Both the position numbers and the translations under genes were made by a program. Below, in pieces: positions 40,290-51,005 of a stretch of DNA of 64,000 nucleotides; positions within the stretch are counted from its first letter, which is position 1, and every line of letters starts with the position of its first letter. The DNA lies in NCBI GenBank assembly GCA_051745285.1, contig JBNJDX010000004.1:1651-65650 (forward strand). Reading direction: 5' to 3'. Origin of the DNA: Spirochaetota bacterium (lineage in GTDB: Bacteria; Spirochaetota; Spirochaetia; CAKZLE01). The notes beneath the pieces were generated by a model. The model had not been told where the DNA came from, ran no database searches, and was given only the letters and a program-made list of their open reading frames with translations.

Positions 40290-41711
40290 ATGAACGTAAA
40301 GAGAGCCCTGATTAGAGCTGGCCTGGCCATTGGTCTGCTTGTGTTTATAGCCCCGTCACTTGTTGGGAACGATGTCCGCTTCAAGTCGATGGGAGGAGCC
40401 TTCACGGCGGTTGCTGACGATGCCTCTGCTATTCGTATGAATCCAGCTGGACTTGCCCACATAACCGAAGAGAAGCTGCTGTTTTTTACCGGTCTATATG
40501 CTCACCCCGCCTTTTCCATAGCCGGAGCCGAGCCCCCTGTGCTTGCCGAACTCGGCGGGGTCTCTCCCTACGAGCTTTATTATGAGAACAATGCTATCTA
40601 CTATGATGGATCACCAACAGTTCCTGCTGGTGATAATAAGGATAAAACGTTTAATTCAGTCTTGGACAGTATCGGATTCGATGTTGATGACCCCCTCGTA
40701 ATCGATGAGGTCCGCTCCTGGTACGATGCGGTTGCCTTCTTCAATCTTCTGCATGACGAAGTCAACTACTTGCAGTTTGTCCCCTCCTTCTCCTATGTCA
40801 CTCCGGGTTTCGGCCTCCACTATGAAAAAAACGTCACAGTAGAGGGCAATCCGCAAGAAGGAGAAACAGAGGACGAAAGACTGCTTCGGTTTACCCGAGA
40901 GGAGCTCCTAGCCGCCGGCACCGGATGGTCATATGCCGAGGGTTTATTCTCACTCGGGGTCAGCGGCAGTTATGAGCGCACTGCCAGAAGAACTCTAGCA
41001 GTTCCTGAGTTTGGAGCGTATGACGAGTACTGCGATGAGCTGATGGAAACCTACGAGACCGATGATCCCGACAAGCTGGGACAGCATCTTACCACCGGGG
41101 AATTTTTTCGAGGGGTACCGAAAAAGCATGCCCTTTCGATCTCTTCTGGGGCATTGCTCTCCCTTGGTGGCCTCTCCTTAGGGTCTTCTTTCAACCTTCC
41201 AATAACCCGAGAGGCGTTTTCAGCCCTCTCTACAGTCGGAAGAAGTTTCTCGTATGCCAAAGAACGTATAAACATCGGTGCTGCGCTGACCACCGGCAGC
41301 CGGGAGGAACGTGAGATTCTGGAATTCATTCTAGCAGCTGATCTCCATCGACTAGGCGATGAACAGCTGAGAACTTTTCATGCTGGTGCTGAACTTGCGC
41401 TGAACATCACAAAACATGCGCAGGCTACCCTCAGAGGCGGTTACGAGCAGCCGGTACCGGGAGAGCTTTCGCAGTATTTTGAGAGAAATATGTACGGGTG
41501 GTTTGACCCAGATTCCGGCAGGGCATCCATTGGAGCAGGGTTACGCCTGTTTACTGCACAGCTTGATGCTGCCGTGACAATGCCGGCAGTATTAGCACAT
41601 CGTATACTTCACTCGTGGGTTGGCGGTTCTTCTCTACAATCGGAAGATGTTCAGGGTCTCAGCCCCGAGGAGGGGCCGAGGGTGATCATCAGCGGTAGCA
41701 TGGTCTTCTAG
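40290..41711 (+). CDS. FadL/TraF/PorV-like outer-membrane protein
   Basis: SMGGAFTAVADDASAIRMNPAGL hatch motif; C-terminal Phe. Confidence 0.65.
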   Translation: MNVKRALIRAGLAIGLLVFIAPSLVGNDVRFKSMGGAFTAVADDASAIRMNPAGLAHITEEKLLFFTGLYAHPAFSIAGAEPPVLAELGGVSPYELYYENNAIYYDGSPTVPAGDNKDKTFNSVLDSIGFDVDDPLVIDEVRSWYDAVAFFNLLHDEVNYLQFVPSFSYVTPGFGLHYEKNVTVEGNPQEGETEDERLLRFTREELLAAGTGWSYAEGLFSLGVSGSYERTARRTLAVPEFGAYDEYCDELMETYETDDPDKLGQHLTTGEFFRGVPKKHALSISSGALLSLGGLSLGSSFNLPITREAFSALSTVGRSFSYAKERINIGAALTTGSREEREILEFILAADLHRLGDEQLRTFHAGAELALNITKHAQATLRGGYEQPVPGELSQYFERNMYGWFDPDSGRASIGAGLRLFTAQLDAAVTMPAVLAHRILHSWVGGSSLQSEDVQGLSPEEGPRVIISGSMVF

Positions 41712-42163
41712 GAACTTTTGCGCTGATCTTCCGCCTGGAACGCATCGCTTTCCTGCTGTTTTTGGCAACTGCTGCAGTACCCAGTGCAGTACACATGCTC
41801 CTCTTTCACACTGAATCCCGAAGGCAGACCAAAGCTCATTTCCTCTTTTCTGACCGGGAAGTCAAAAACGCTGCCGCAGGAGAGACATTTAAAATGACCA
41901 TGAATGGTCGTGTCAGCATCAAAGCGAACTTCGTTCTCCTCAATTGTCACTTTCTGAACTACATCTACGCTGTAAAACAGCTTAAGCGTGTTGTAGACAG
42001 TCGTCTTTGAAAGCGTCGGTATCTGGGGAGCCAGCTCACGGTATATCATCTCTACTGTGGGATGGTTCTTCTTTGATATGAGATATTCATATATTTTTAT
42101 TCTCTGATAAGAGGGCTTAATTCCATGATTTTCGAGTACATATACTGCTTCTTTCCTTGACAT
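41708..42163 (-). CDS. perR: Fur family regulator, PerR-like
   Basis: HPT, SKTTVYNTL, RFD...HGHFKCLSCG.VFD, CSSC (PerR-type H/D ligands and two CxxC). Confidence 0.75.
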   Translation of the reverse strand: MSRKEAVYVLENHGIKPSYQRIKIYEYLISKKNHPTVEMIYRELAPQIPTLSKTTVYNTLKLFYSVDVVQKVTIEENEVRFDADTTIHGHFKCLSCGSVFDFPVRKEEMSFGLPSGFSVKEEHVYCTGYCSSCQKQQESDAFQAEDQRKSS

Positions 42164-42202
42164 AATCAGTACCTCCTGTCATCGGTGCATGGTAACGCAA
42201 AT

Positions 42203-42217
42203 TTGAAACTATTACAA
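42203..42217. promoter_or_regulatory. Per/Fur-box-like 7-1-7 inverted repeat
   Basis: TTGAAAC-T-ATTACAA upstream of the perR-like gene. Confidence 0.45.
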
Positions 42218-42312
42218 TCAAAATAAGTGATTAAAACTGAGAAAACACGGTTTCCTACAATGTTTTGTACAGGTGTATAAAAGTTTTTAGTGATAGGTTA
42301 GAATTACTAATC

Positions 42313-42741
42313 ATGAGAAATCTTACTCTCCTTGCAGCTTTAACAGCAATATTCCTGGTAATGTTGAGTGCCTGCGCTACAACATCCGGGTCCTCCTCCG
42401 ATAATCGGGGAAACTATCTACCCATAACTGGATCTATAGAGCTGAGCCAGTCGCTACTACTGAAAAGTGAGATCTCGGTTGAACTGGAACTTCTTGAACT
42501 CTCTCGAGAGAAAGACGATCATGAGCTCATTGCAAAACAAATAATAAAAAACCCAAAACGATTTCCCATTCAGTTTTCCCTGCGATATGACAGTGACGAT
42601 ATCAGAACGTTTAACACCTATGTTGTGCGCATGAAAACCTTCGAAGGAGACCGTCTCATCTACGAAAGCCCCGAAGATCAACCGGTGCTCACTCAAGGAA
42701 ATCCTGATACCATTACCATCGAATCAGTACCGGTTAATTAA
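42313..42741 (+). CDS. YbaY family lipoprotein
   Basis: Lipobox LSAC, ITGSI, FPIQFSLRYD, PVLTQG. Confidence 0.75.
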   Translation: MRNLTLLAALTAIFLVMLSACATTSGSSSDNRGNYLPITGSIELSQSLLLKSEISVELELLELSREKDDHELIAKQIIKNPKRFPIQFSLRYDSDDIRTFNTYVVRMKTFEGDRLIYESPEDQPVLTQGNPDTITIESVPVN

Positions 42742-42811
42742 CCTCCTTATCTGCCTCAATTCAAGATGTCTCTCATGTTACCCCTTGGGCACGAGAGAAT
42801 TTGGAATTTTT

Positions 42812-42899
42812 TCTGTATAAATATAGGAAAAACATTGACATTATTTCATATTTTGCATATTTATACAGTAAATACTACAAATGAATGTGATTTATACAG
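42812..42899 (+). promoter_or_regulatory. ArgR (ARG) boxes overlapping the argG promoter
   Basis: TTGCATATTTATACAG at 42853-42868, its inverted partner CTGTATAAATAT at 42813, a third ATTTATACAG at 42890; TTGACA at 42835. Confidence 0.6.
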
Positions 42900-42932
42900 T
42901 TCGTAACTATACACGAAGGGGCAAGAGTAGAA

Positions 42933-44195
42933 ATGAAAAAAGAAAAGATTGTATTGGCTTACAGCGGAGGCCTTGATACTTCCGTTATTTTAAAGTGGCT
43001 GGATAACAAAGGGTTCGACGTTATCGCCTATGTTGCCGATGTCGGGCAGCAGGAAGATTTTAAAGCTATCGAGGAAAAAGCTTACGCAACCGGTGCATCC
43101 AAAGTGTATGTCGAAGACCTGAAAAAAGAACTGGTAACCGACTACGTGTTTCCCGCAATGCAGGGTAATGCTGTATATGAAGGCAGATACCTGCTAGGAA
43201 CATCCATTGCCAGACCGTTGATTGCAAAACGTCACATTGACATTGCAAAGGCCGAGGGCACAAAATACGTCTCACACGGAGCCACCGGCAAGGGCAACGA
43301 CCAGGTTCGTTTCGAATTCGGCTTTTATGCGCTCATGCCGGATGTGAAAATTGTCGCTCCGTGGAAAGATCCTGAATTTTTAAACCAGTTCAAGGGACGT
43401 TCAGATCTCATCGCATATGCTGATGCCTATGATATCCCGATCAAAGCCTCCAAAGCAAAACCCTACAGTGAGGATGAGAATCTCCTGCATATCAGTCATG
43501 AAGCAGGGATTCTCGAAGATCCGGCTGTTCGATGTCCTGAAGAGGTTTTCTCTCACACAGTCTCCCCTCAACAAGCTCCTGATACGGAGACTGTCATCAC
43601 CATTACATTTGATGACGGTGTCCCTGTGAAAGTCGAAAACAGGGAGGCAGGCATCTCTCTCACTGACCCGCTTGAACTCTTTCTCTATCTAAACAAAGTT
43701 GGCGGCGAGAATGCAATCGGCCGGCTGGATATGGTTGAAAACCGGTACATCGGCGTGAAATCTCGTGGAGTTTACGAAACCCCGGGCGGAACCATTCTCT
43801 GGAAAGCACATCGTGACCTTGAGGGGATAGCGATGGACAAAGAGGTCATGCACCTGCGGGACATGTTCATTCCAAAGTTTGCCGAACTCATCTATAACGG
43901 TCTGTGGTTTTCGCCTGAGATGGATTTTATTCTCAGTGCCATCTATAAAAGCCAGGAAGACATCTCGGGAGAGGTAACGATCGCTCTGTACAAGGGAAAT
44001 GTGATGACTATTGGCAGGACCTCCCCCACTTCACTCTATAACCAGGATCTCTCAAGCATGGAGGTAGAAGGTGGTTACAATCCGGTAGACTGCCAGGGTT
44101 TTATCAACATCAACGGTATTCGGCTGAAAGCCCATAATGTGGTCTTACGAAAAACCGGTCCGTACAACTGGCGTAAGGAAATCCACAAAGAGTAG
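42933..44195 (+). CDS. argG: argininosuccinate synthase
   Basis: [43 protein letters not shown]. Confidence 0.98.
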   Translation: MKKEKIVLAYSGGLDTSVILKWLDNKGFDVIAYVADVGQQEDFKAIEEKAYATGASKVYVEDLKKELVTDYVFPAMQGNAVYEGRYLLGTSIARPLIAKRHIDIAKAEGTKYVSHGATGKGNDQVRFEFGFYALMPDVKIVAPWKDPEFLNQFKGRSDLIAYADAYDIPIKASKAKPYSEDENLLHISHEAGILEDPAVRCPEEVFSHTVSPQQAPDTETVITITFDDGVPVKVENREAGISLTDPLELFLYLNKVGGENAIGRLDMVENRYIGVKSRGVYETPGGTILWKAHRDLEGIAMDKEVMHLRDMFIPKFAELIYNGLWFSPEMDFILSAIYKSQEDISGEVTIALYKGNVMTIGRTSPTSLYNQDLSSMEVEGGYNPVDCQGFININGIRLKAHNVVLRKTGPYNWRKEIHKE

Positions 44196-44311
44196 CAACG
44201 GGCAACTGCCAGATGCTCTCCTCCTGCCATAGGCAGGCTCCCTTTTTGCACTCTTTTCATAGCCATATCAAAGGGATATCATGGAGGAAGATCATTTAGT
44301 TGGAGGAGAAC

Positions 44312-45220
44312 ATGAAGCAGATTACCCCTCAAAAGACAGTTATTGGATGGATTGGGACGGGAGTTATGGGACGCTGGATGTGCCAGCATCTTATTGATAA
44401 CGGGTACACGGCTGTTGTACATAATCGCACGGCCTCCAAAGCCAAACCGCTGCTTGATTCCGGCGCTCAATGGGCAGATACCCCGGGAGAAGTTGCACGC
44501 CGGGCTGAGGTGATCTTCACCATTATCGGCTATCCAGAGGATGTTGAGCGCGTCTACTTTGGAGATAACGGGGTTATCTCTGCTGTGCAAGAGAACTCAA
44601 TAGTTGTTGATATGACAACAACCAAACCTTCTTTGGCAGAGAACATTGCTCAGGCATGCCAGAATAAAGGTGTAGAGGCTATCGATGCACCGGTTTCCGG
44701 CGGGGATGTCGGGGCTAGAGAGGCACGCCTGTCGATCATGGCAGGGGGAACGAAGGAGGCCTTCGATATGGTACAGCCCCTGTTTGAACTGATGGGGACC
44801 AACATTGTCTACGAAGGCAGTGCCGGGAAAGGCCAGCACACGAAAATGAGTAACCAGATTACTATTGCCGGTACGATGATAGGCATGTGTGAGGCCCTTT
44901 TGTACAGCTACAAGGCAAATCTTGATATGGAAACCATGCTGAGCACTATCAGCAAGGGGGCTGCCGGTTGCTGGAGCCTGGACAATCTTGCTCCCCGCAT
45001 TATACAGGGGAACTTTGATCCTGGCTTCCAGATTGACCACTTTGTTAAAGACATGGGTATTGCCCTTGAGGAGGCTCAGAATCTTGACATCGCCCTTCCC
45101 GGACTGGCCCTGGTACATCAATTCTATCTTGCCCTCCAGGCATCAGGTCATGGGACAAACGGGACCCAGGCTTTAATTCTTGCTCTTGACAGACTCTCTA
45201 AAGCTGAAGTCTTTTCTTAA
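44312..45220 (+). CDS. beta-hydroxyacid (3-hydroxyisobutyrate/GarR-like) dehydrogenase family
   Basis: IGWIGTGVMG, DAPVSGGD.GA, GQHTKMSNQ, FVKDM. Confidence 0.9.
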   Translation: MKQITPQKTVIGWIGTGVMGRWMCQHLIDNGYTAVVHNRTASKAKPLLDSGAQWADTPGEVARRAEVIFTIIGYPEDVERVYFGDNGVISAVQENSIVVDMTTTKPSLAENIAQACQNKGVEAIDAPVSGGDVGAREARLSIMAGGTKEAFDMVQPLFELMGTNIVYEGSAGKGQHTKMSNQITIAGTMIGMCEALLYSYKANLDMETMLSTISKGAAGCWSLDNLAPRIIQGNFDPGFQIDHFVKDMGIALEEAQNLDIALPGLALVHQFYLALQASGHGTNGTQALILALDRLSKAEVFS

Positions 45221-46034
45221 TACCTAATCGGCGTCGGGAAGACCGGACAGTCCGGTCAAGAAACAAACGGACAACAGCCGGGAAAAGACGGGATATGGTA
45301 CATACTAGTTTGGCTTCAGTTCCCGGTATCACCATGAATGTTCTCCGCCTTGCCCCACAGAGCATCTGGGCAGCAACTTTCTCAGGCCGCATCGGCTTAA
45401 TCGAACCGCTGATTGCCTCTGTCTCAGGCGGTTTTGTCTCTGCCTCCTGCGCAAGCTGGGGTGTTTGGGTATCCGGCGGACAGACAACCGATACACTAAG
45501 GCCTTCAGCGGACAGCTCATTGCGCAAAGACTGGGCGAAACCAATAACGCCAAATTTGGAAGCACTATAGGCTGTGTATCCGTACATCCCCAGACAACCG
45601 GCAACTGAGGAGACCAGTATGACATTACCGGGCATCCTCATGACTGGAAGCAGTGAATGCACAAAAAGCATGGTTCCAGTCAGATTAATTGCTATGGACT
45701 CTGTTATCTTCTCCTTGGGCATGTGGAAGAAATGATCGGGATAGGCCATTCCGGCACAGCTGACAAGCAGATCGGGCCGTCCATACTGCTTAACTGCTTT
45801 ATGCGATATGTCTTCAACTGCCTCAGGATCACTAACATCTACCTGAAAAAATCCAATCGTCCTTGACTCCGCAGCAGTTAAAGCCAGTTCTGCAGCTGCT
45901 TTCTCCAGTCTATCCCGGCTGCGAGCCAGCAGCACCACATCAGTTCCCTGCTCCAGCAGCTGCCTGGCGGTGGCTAACCCGATGCCGCTCGACCCCCCAG
46001 TGATAAAAGCCAATTTCCATGCAGCCGAACCCAT
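45198..46034 (-). CDS. SDR oxidoreductase, 3-ketodihydrosphingosine reductase (KDSR)-like
   Basis: TGGSSGIG, YSASK, PPDTQTP...TKPPET.AIS; SD supports ATG 46034. Confidence 0.8.
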   Translation of the reverse strand: MGSAAWKLAFITGGSSGIGLATARQLLEQGTDVVLLARSRDRLEKAAAELALTAAESRTIGFFQVDVSDPEAVEDISHKAVKQYGRPDLLVSCAGMAYPDHFFHMPKEKITESIAINLTGTMLFVHSLLPVMRMPGNVILVSSVAGCLGMYGYTAYSASKFGVIGFAQSLRNELSAEGLSVSVVCPPDTQTPQLAQEAETKPPETEAISGSIKPMRPEKVAAQMLCGARRRTFMVIPGTEAKLVCTISRLFPAVVRLFLDRTVRSSRRRLGIKKRLQL

Positions 46035-46352
46035 TGTCACCCCCTCTAACAGCTTTCTTTGCAGGGTATGGCCCTTGCAAAATCTCTGCAACTCCTGTAC
46101 ATTAGATGAATCGCAGTGAAGAAGCTGCCACTGATTATACACATAAAGCGAGCTCAGTTACAAACTGAAATTTGACAAACCGTTGAAACATCCTTCCGTC
46201 TACGATAAGCAAGGGGAGTAATCACTCCGGAAGGATACCACATACTAGACGACAGTTCCGACAACGAACGGACAAACACAGCTTACACTGATTAACCTGA
46301 CTGGGGTAGTGGACTCTTTTCCCTGCAGGGTCTGAAGGAGGAATATCTGTAT

Positions 46353-47642
46353 ATGAAAAAAGCTTCAATGATAATTGATGAGAAGAAAATCTGTGAGGTC
46401 CCTGTGCTCGAAGATACAATGAAGGGGCTCTCACTGGATATCAGGAACCTGAGAAAGGAGACCGGCTTTATTACCTACGATCCCGGTTTTGGGAATACCG
46501 GCTCCTGCCAGAGCTCAATAACCTATCTTGACGGGGAAAAGGGCATTCTGCGCTATCGAGGCTACCCGATTGAGGAACTGGTGGAAAAATGTGATTTTGT
46601 GGAAGTCGCCTATCTTCTGGTGCATGGTGTGCTTCCCAATGTCAAGGAACGCCATAAATATCAGGAGTTGCTCAATCAGCACTCGATGCTGCACGTGGAT
46701 ATGGTCGAGTTTTTTCGCAAGTATCCCGACAATGCTCATCCCATGTCGATACTGGCGGCCATGGTAGCATCTTTGTCGGCCTTCTATTCAGAGATAGATC
46801 TGGAAGAAGATCCCGAAACACAAATGGACCTCACTGTGACCCGCCTGCTTTCAAAGCTGCGGACGATTGCAGCCTTTACCTATCGCAAGATGCTGGGAGC
46901 TGATTTTGTCAATCCCAGCTACAAATACTCCTACTGCGCGAACTTTCTCAATATGATGTTTAACTCGCCGGTGCGCGAATACACTCCCAATCCGCTGCAT
47001 GTGAAGGCAATTAATAAATTGCTTATTCTGCACGCCGACCACGAGCAGAACTGCTCAACTACAGCTGTCCGGTTGATTGGAAGCTCAGAGGCAAACCTCT
47101 ACGCAGCTGTCACAGCCGGTATCTGCGCACTCTGGGGACCACGTCACGGCGGGGCTAACCAGGCAGTTATCGAGATGCTGGAAAAAATTTCCGACGAGGG
47201 AATCACTCCCGAACAGGCAATCGAAAAAGCCAAAGATAAAAATGATCCGTTCAGACTGATGGGCTTTGGCCATCGAGTCTACAAAACCTATGATCCGCGA
47301 GCCCGTATTGCCCGTAACCTATGTCGCGAGGTTCTCGATGATATGGGAGCGTCTGACAAGTTGCTTGATATTGCTACAGACCTTGAACAGCGGGCTCTCA
47401 ACGATGATTACTTTGTCGAGAGGAACCTCTATCCGAATGTGGATTTCTACACTGGGATGATCTTTAGAGCTATGAATATTCCGACAAACATGTTTACTGT
47501 GATGTTTGCCCTCGGACGCCTGCCGGGTTGGATTGCACACTACCTGGAATGGAACCATGATCCGTATGAGAAGATCGGACGCCCTCGACAGCTGTACACC
47601 GGCCCGGATGTTCGAAGCGTCACTCCCATCGAGGAACGTTGA
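46353..47642 (+). CDS. gltA: citrate synthase (type II-like)
   Basis: YDPGF.NT, LHADHEQNCST, GPRHGGAN, LMGFGHRVYK, YPNVDFY. Confidence 0.97.
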   Translation: MKKASMIIDEKKICEVPVLEDTMKGLSLDIRNLRKETGFITYDPGFGNTGSCQSSITYLDGEKGILRYRGYPIEELVEKCDFVEVAYLLVHGVLPNVKERHKYQELLNQHSMLHVDMVEFFRKYPDNAHPMSILAAMVASLSAFYSEIDLEEDPETQMDLTVTRLLSKLRTIAAFTYRKMLGADFVNPSYKYSYCANFLNMMFNSPVREYTPNPLHVKAINKLLILHADHEQNCSTTAVRLIGSSEANLYAAVTAGICALWGPRHGGANQAVIEMLEKISDEGITPEQAIEKAKDKNDPFRLMGFGHRVYKTYDPRARIARNLCREVLDDMGASDKLLDIATDLEQRALNDDYFVERNLYPNVDFYTGMIFRAMNIPTNMFTVMFALGRLPGWIAHYLEWNHDPYEKIGRPRQLYTGPDVRSVTPIEER

Positions 47643-47670
47643 AGATCATACTAGTATTTCCTGACGATTA

Positions 47671-47701
47671 AACAAGGGGCTGCCGAGGGCAGCCCCTTGT
47701 T
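47671..47701. terminator. bidirectional terminator between gltA and icd
   Basis: AACAAGGGGCTGCC-GAG-GGCAGCCCCTTGTT perfect hairpin. Confidence 0.8.
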
Positions 47702-47723
47702 ATTGGTGAAGAATTTCCAACCT

Positions 47724-48965
47724 CTATGTATGTTCAATCAGTGAGACAATATGGTCAGCAAAGGCACTGCAGGAGAGCTGATTGGCACCCTCCATCTGGG
47801 CGGCAAAGTCCCCGGTAACCTGTTTACTGGCTATGGCAGCTTCAATACCCGTTATCAACGCGTCGGCGGCCTCTATCCAGCCGATGTGACGGAGCATCAT
47901 CTCACAGGAGAGCACGAGAGAGAGAGGATTAGCCAGATCCTTCCCGGCGATATCAGGGGCAGTACCGTGAGTGGCCTCAAACAGTGCTGTCTGAGTCTCA
48001 TAGTTGATGTTCGCGCCAGGTGCAATCCCGATACCTCCCACCTCAGCGGCCAGAGCATCGGAGATGTAATCACCATTGAGATTGAGTGTAGCCACTACAT
48101 CGTAATCTTCCGGATGAAGCAGGATGTTCTGAAGGAACGCATCCGCAATGCAATCATTTACAGTGATCTGTTTACCAGTCTGCGGATTGGTAAAGACCAT
48201 GGAAGCACCCGAGCCTTCTTTACGTGCCCCGAATTCGCGTTCGGCCACCTCATAGCCCCAGGCTCGAAAACCTCCTTCGGTGAATTTCATGATATTCGCC
48301 TTATGGACCAGGGTCACTGAGGATCGGTCTTCATCGATAGCATACTGGATGGCTGCCCGCACGAGGCGTTCAGATCCCTCCCGAGAAACCGGTTTAATAC
48401 CGATACTCGAACTCTCGGGGAAGCGGATTGAATGCACGCCCATCTCATCCTGCAGAAAAGCTAATACTTTTCTGACCTCCGGAGTCTGAGCATCCCACTC
48501 AATTCCTGCATAAATGTCCTCGGTATTCTCCCGGAAGACCACTATATCGACACGCTCAGGATGCTTCAGCGGGGACGGAGTCCCTGAAAACCAACGAACC
48601 GGCCGAAGACAGACAAAGAGATCAAGCCTCTGACGCATTGTCACATTCAAGCTGCGCATCCCCTTGCCGACAGGCGTCATCAGTGGCCCTTTCACCGCCA
48701 GGGTATACTCCTCGATTGCCTCAAGGGTCTCTTCGGGAAGCCAGACCCCTTCGCCGAAAGTCTCAACAGACTTTCCGCCTGCATATATCTCTTTCCAGAC
48801 GAGGGCCCGATCACTTCCGTACGCCCGCCTCACGGCTGCATTGACAATGCTCTGAGCAGCCGGAGTGATGTCTTGTCCAATCCCGTCCCCTTCAATGAAC
48901 GGGATAATCGGATAATCAGGGACTGCCAGTGCTCCTTTTTTTCGTTCTATGGTACTTCCTTTCAT
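47724..48965 (-). CDS. icd: homodimeric isocitrate dehydrogenase, probably NAD+-preferring
   Basis: [38 protein letters not shown]. Confidence 0.95.
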   Translation of the reverse strand: MKGSTIERKKGALAVPDYPIIPFIEGDGIGQDITPAAQSIVNAAVRRAYGSDRALVWKEIYAGGKSVETFGEGVWLPEETLEAIEEYTLAVKGPLMTPVGKGMRSLNVTMRQRLDLFVCLRPVRWFSGTPSPLKHPERVDIVVFRENTEDIYAGIEWDAQTPEVRKVLAFLQDEMGVHSIRFPESSSIGIKPVSREGSERLVRAAIQYAIDEDRSSVTLVHKANIMKFTEGGFRAWGYEVAEREFGARKEGSGASMVFTNPQTGKQITVNDCIADAFLQNILLHPEDYDVVATLNLNGDYISDALAAEVGGIGIAPGANINYETQTALFEATHGTAPDIAGKDLANPLSLVLSCEMMLRHIGWIEAADALITGIEAAIASKQVTGDFAAQMEGANQLSCSAFADHIVSLIEHT

Positions 48966-50929
48966 GTGGTTTGTTCCTCCTGTTGCTGTTTTGTAAGATT
49001 TAATAGTCCACCTGCACGCAGCAAGGCAAGCTGCCTTGGGGAGAATTCTGCAACCAGAGGTATATCCCGCTTCCGGGTGATATTTTCCATGGTAACTGGC
49101 TGTCCGCTGTGTTGGGCCTGCTCTAACTGGGAGTGCAGATTTGGAATTCTCAACTCGTCATCCTGTTCAATTCTGCCATAATCAGCCGGATCGGCAAAGA
49201 TGAAGGGAATAATCCCGAAGTTAAACAGATTTGCCATGTGAATACGCTCAATCGAGAGAGCTACTACCGCTTTCACACCAAGATACATGGGGCATAAAGC
49301 TGCATGCTCTCTACTTGAGCCCTGCCCATAGGACTCTCCGGCAACGATGATATTATGCAGGCCCCGATCCCGGTTTGCAGCTGCGCGCTGGGGAAAATCC
49401 GGATCAACCTGTTCAAACACAAAAGCCGAGTAAGCCGGTACATTTGAGCGGTACTTGAGCCTGGCCCCTGCCGGCATAATATGGTCGGTGGTGATCTTAT
49501 CTCCAACCTTAATAGAAGCTTTGGCGTGTATCTCACCCGGAAGCGGTATGTTGACAGGGGGGTCCCCGATATTCGGCCCGCGCACGACTTCAACATAGTC
49601 TCCCTCCTGCGGAGGAAACACAAACATGGAGTCGTCGATGTAGAACGATGTGGGCATTTCCACTTCAGGGTAGGCAATATCCTGCTCCTCAAGCGGATCC
49701 ACAAAGGTTCCCCGTATTGCAGCCAGAGCTGCCGCTTCAGGACTCACCAGGTATACCTGGGCTGACTTTGTCCCCGAACGGCCTTCAAAATTCCGGTTAG
49801 AGGTCCGAAGGGAGACTGCGTCAGTTCCCGGGGACATATGGTTACCGATGCAGAAGCCGCAGGCACTCTCGAGTATACGTGCGCCGGCAGCAATAAGCTT
49901 TGCCAGATGCCCTTCCTGGGCGATCATGTTCAATACTTCCCGGGAACCGGGAGCAATCCCCAGACTGACGTGGGGAGCAACATGCTGTCCGTCGAGAATT
50001 TCAGCAACGGTACGTAGATCCTGATACGATGAATTGGTACATGAGCCAATGAGCACCTGATCAACCCTTCGGCCTGCCAGCTGTGCAATAGGGGCGATAT
50101 TCCCCGGTGAATGGGGCTGGGCAGTCAGGGGCTTCACCTCTGAGAGATTCAGTTCTAGGCTCTGATCGTATTCGGCATCCAAATCGGCTTTGAGCTCTCT
50201 CCAGTCCTCCCCTCTGCCCTGAGCTTCCATAAACACGCGCGTAGCCTCATCACTGGGGAAAATAGAGGTTGTCACCCCGCATTCAGCTCCCATATTGGTA
50301 ATAGTAGCACGCTCTGGCACGCTCAGCTGCTCTACGCCAGGACCCGTGTACTCAAATACTGTCCCGACGTTGCCCTTCGTCCCGAAGGTGCTCAGCACGT
50401 TCAAAATGACATCTTTGGCCGTCACCCATGGCCGCAGTTTTCCGGTGAGATGGATATTCACCACCTTCGGTGCGGTCATATAGAAAGGACCTCCACCCAT
50501 AGCTACCGCTACATCAATCCCTCCGGCTCCCATGGCAATCATCCCGATACCACCTCCTGTGGGAGTATGAGAGTCAGATCCAAGCAATGTTTTTCCCGGT
50601 ATTCCGAAACGTTCGAGGTGAACCTGATGGCAGATGCCGTTGCCGGGTCTGGAGAATATAATTCCGTATTTTTGCGCCACGGACTGCAAGTAGGCGTGAT
50701 CATCAGCATTCTCAAATCCGACTTGAATGGTATTGTGGTCTACGTAACTGACAGCAAGTTCGTTTTTTGCCCGGTCAAGTCCCATCGCCTCAAACTGCAG
50801 ATAGGCCATGGTCCCGGTTGCATCCTGAGTCAGCGTCTGATCAATGCGCAGGGCAATCTGTTTGCCGGCTTTCAGCTCACCCTCTACCACATGTTCCGAT
50901 AATATCTTATATGTCAGTGTTTTTCCCAT
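48962..50929 (-). CDS. acn: aconitate hydratase (short Aquifex/archaeal-like type)
   Basis: [44 protein letters not shown]. Confidence 0.93.
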   Translation of the reverse strand: MGKTLTYKILSEHVVEGELKAGKQIALRIDQTLTQDATGTMAYLQFEAMGLDRAKNELAVSYVDHNTIQVGFENADDHAYLQSVAQKYGIIFSRPGNGICHQVHLERFGIPGKTLLGSDSHTPTGGGIGMIAMGAGGIDVAVAMGGGPFYMTAPKVVNIHLTGKLRPWVTAKDVILNVLSTFGTKGNVGTVFEYTGPGVEQLSVPERATITNMGAECGVTTSIFPSDEATRVFMEAQGRGEDWRELKADLDAEYDQSLELNLSEVKPLTAQPHSPGNIAPIAQLAGRRVDQVLIGSCTNSSYQDLRTVAEILDGQHVAPHVSLGIAPGSREVLNMIAQEGHLAKLIAAGARILESACGFCIGNHMSPGTDAVSLRTSNRNFEGRSGTKSAQVYLVSPEAAALAAIRGTFVDPLEEQDIAYPEVEMPTSFYIDDSMFVFPPQEGDYVEVVRGPNIGDPPVNIPLPGEIHAKASIKVGDKITTDHIMPAGARLKYRSNVPAYSAFVFEQVDPDFPQRAAANRDRGLHNIIVAGESYGQGSSREHAALCPMYLGVKAVVALSIERIHMANLFNFGIIPFIFADPADYGRIEQDDELRIPNLHSQLEQAQHSGQPVTMENITRKRDIPLVAEFSPRQLALLRAGGLLNLTKQQQEEQTT

Positions 50930-51005
50930 CTATAGCTCTCCTTCATTACACTTATCGTGCGCACTAGCGTGAATGCTGCATAGTACCGTATATAAGTCCC
51001 CTGTT

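Noticed and set aside
46210-46345. Possible riboswitch (yybP-ykoY-like AGGGGAGTA) in the gltA leader
   Set aside because: Only the 5' motif and a small GGAGT/ACTCC hairpin are present; the other conserved elements were not found
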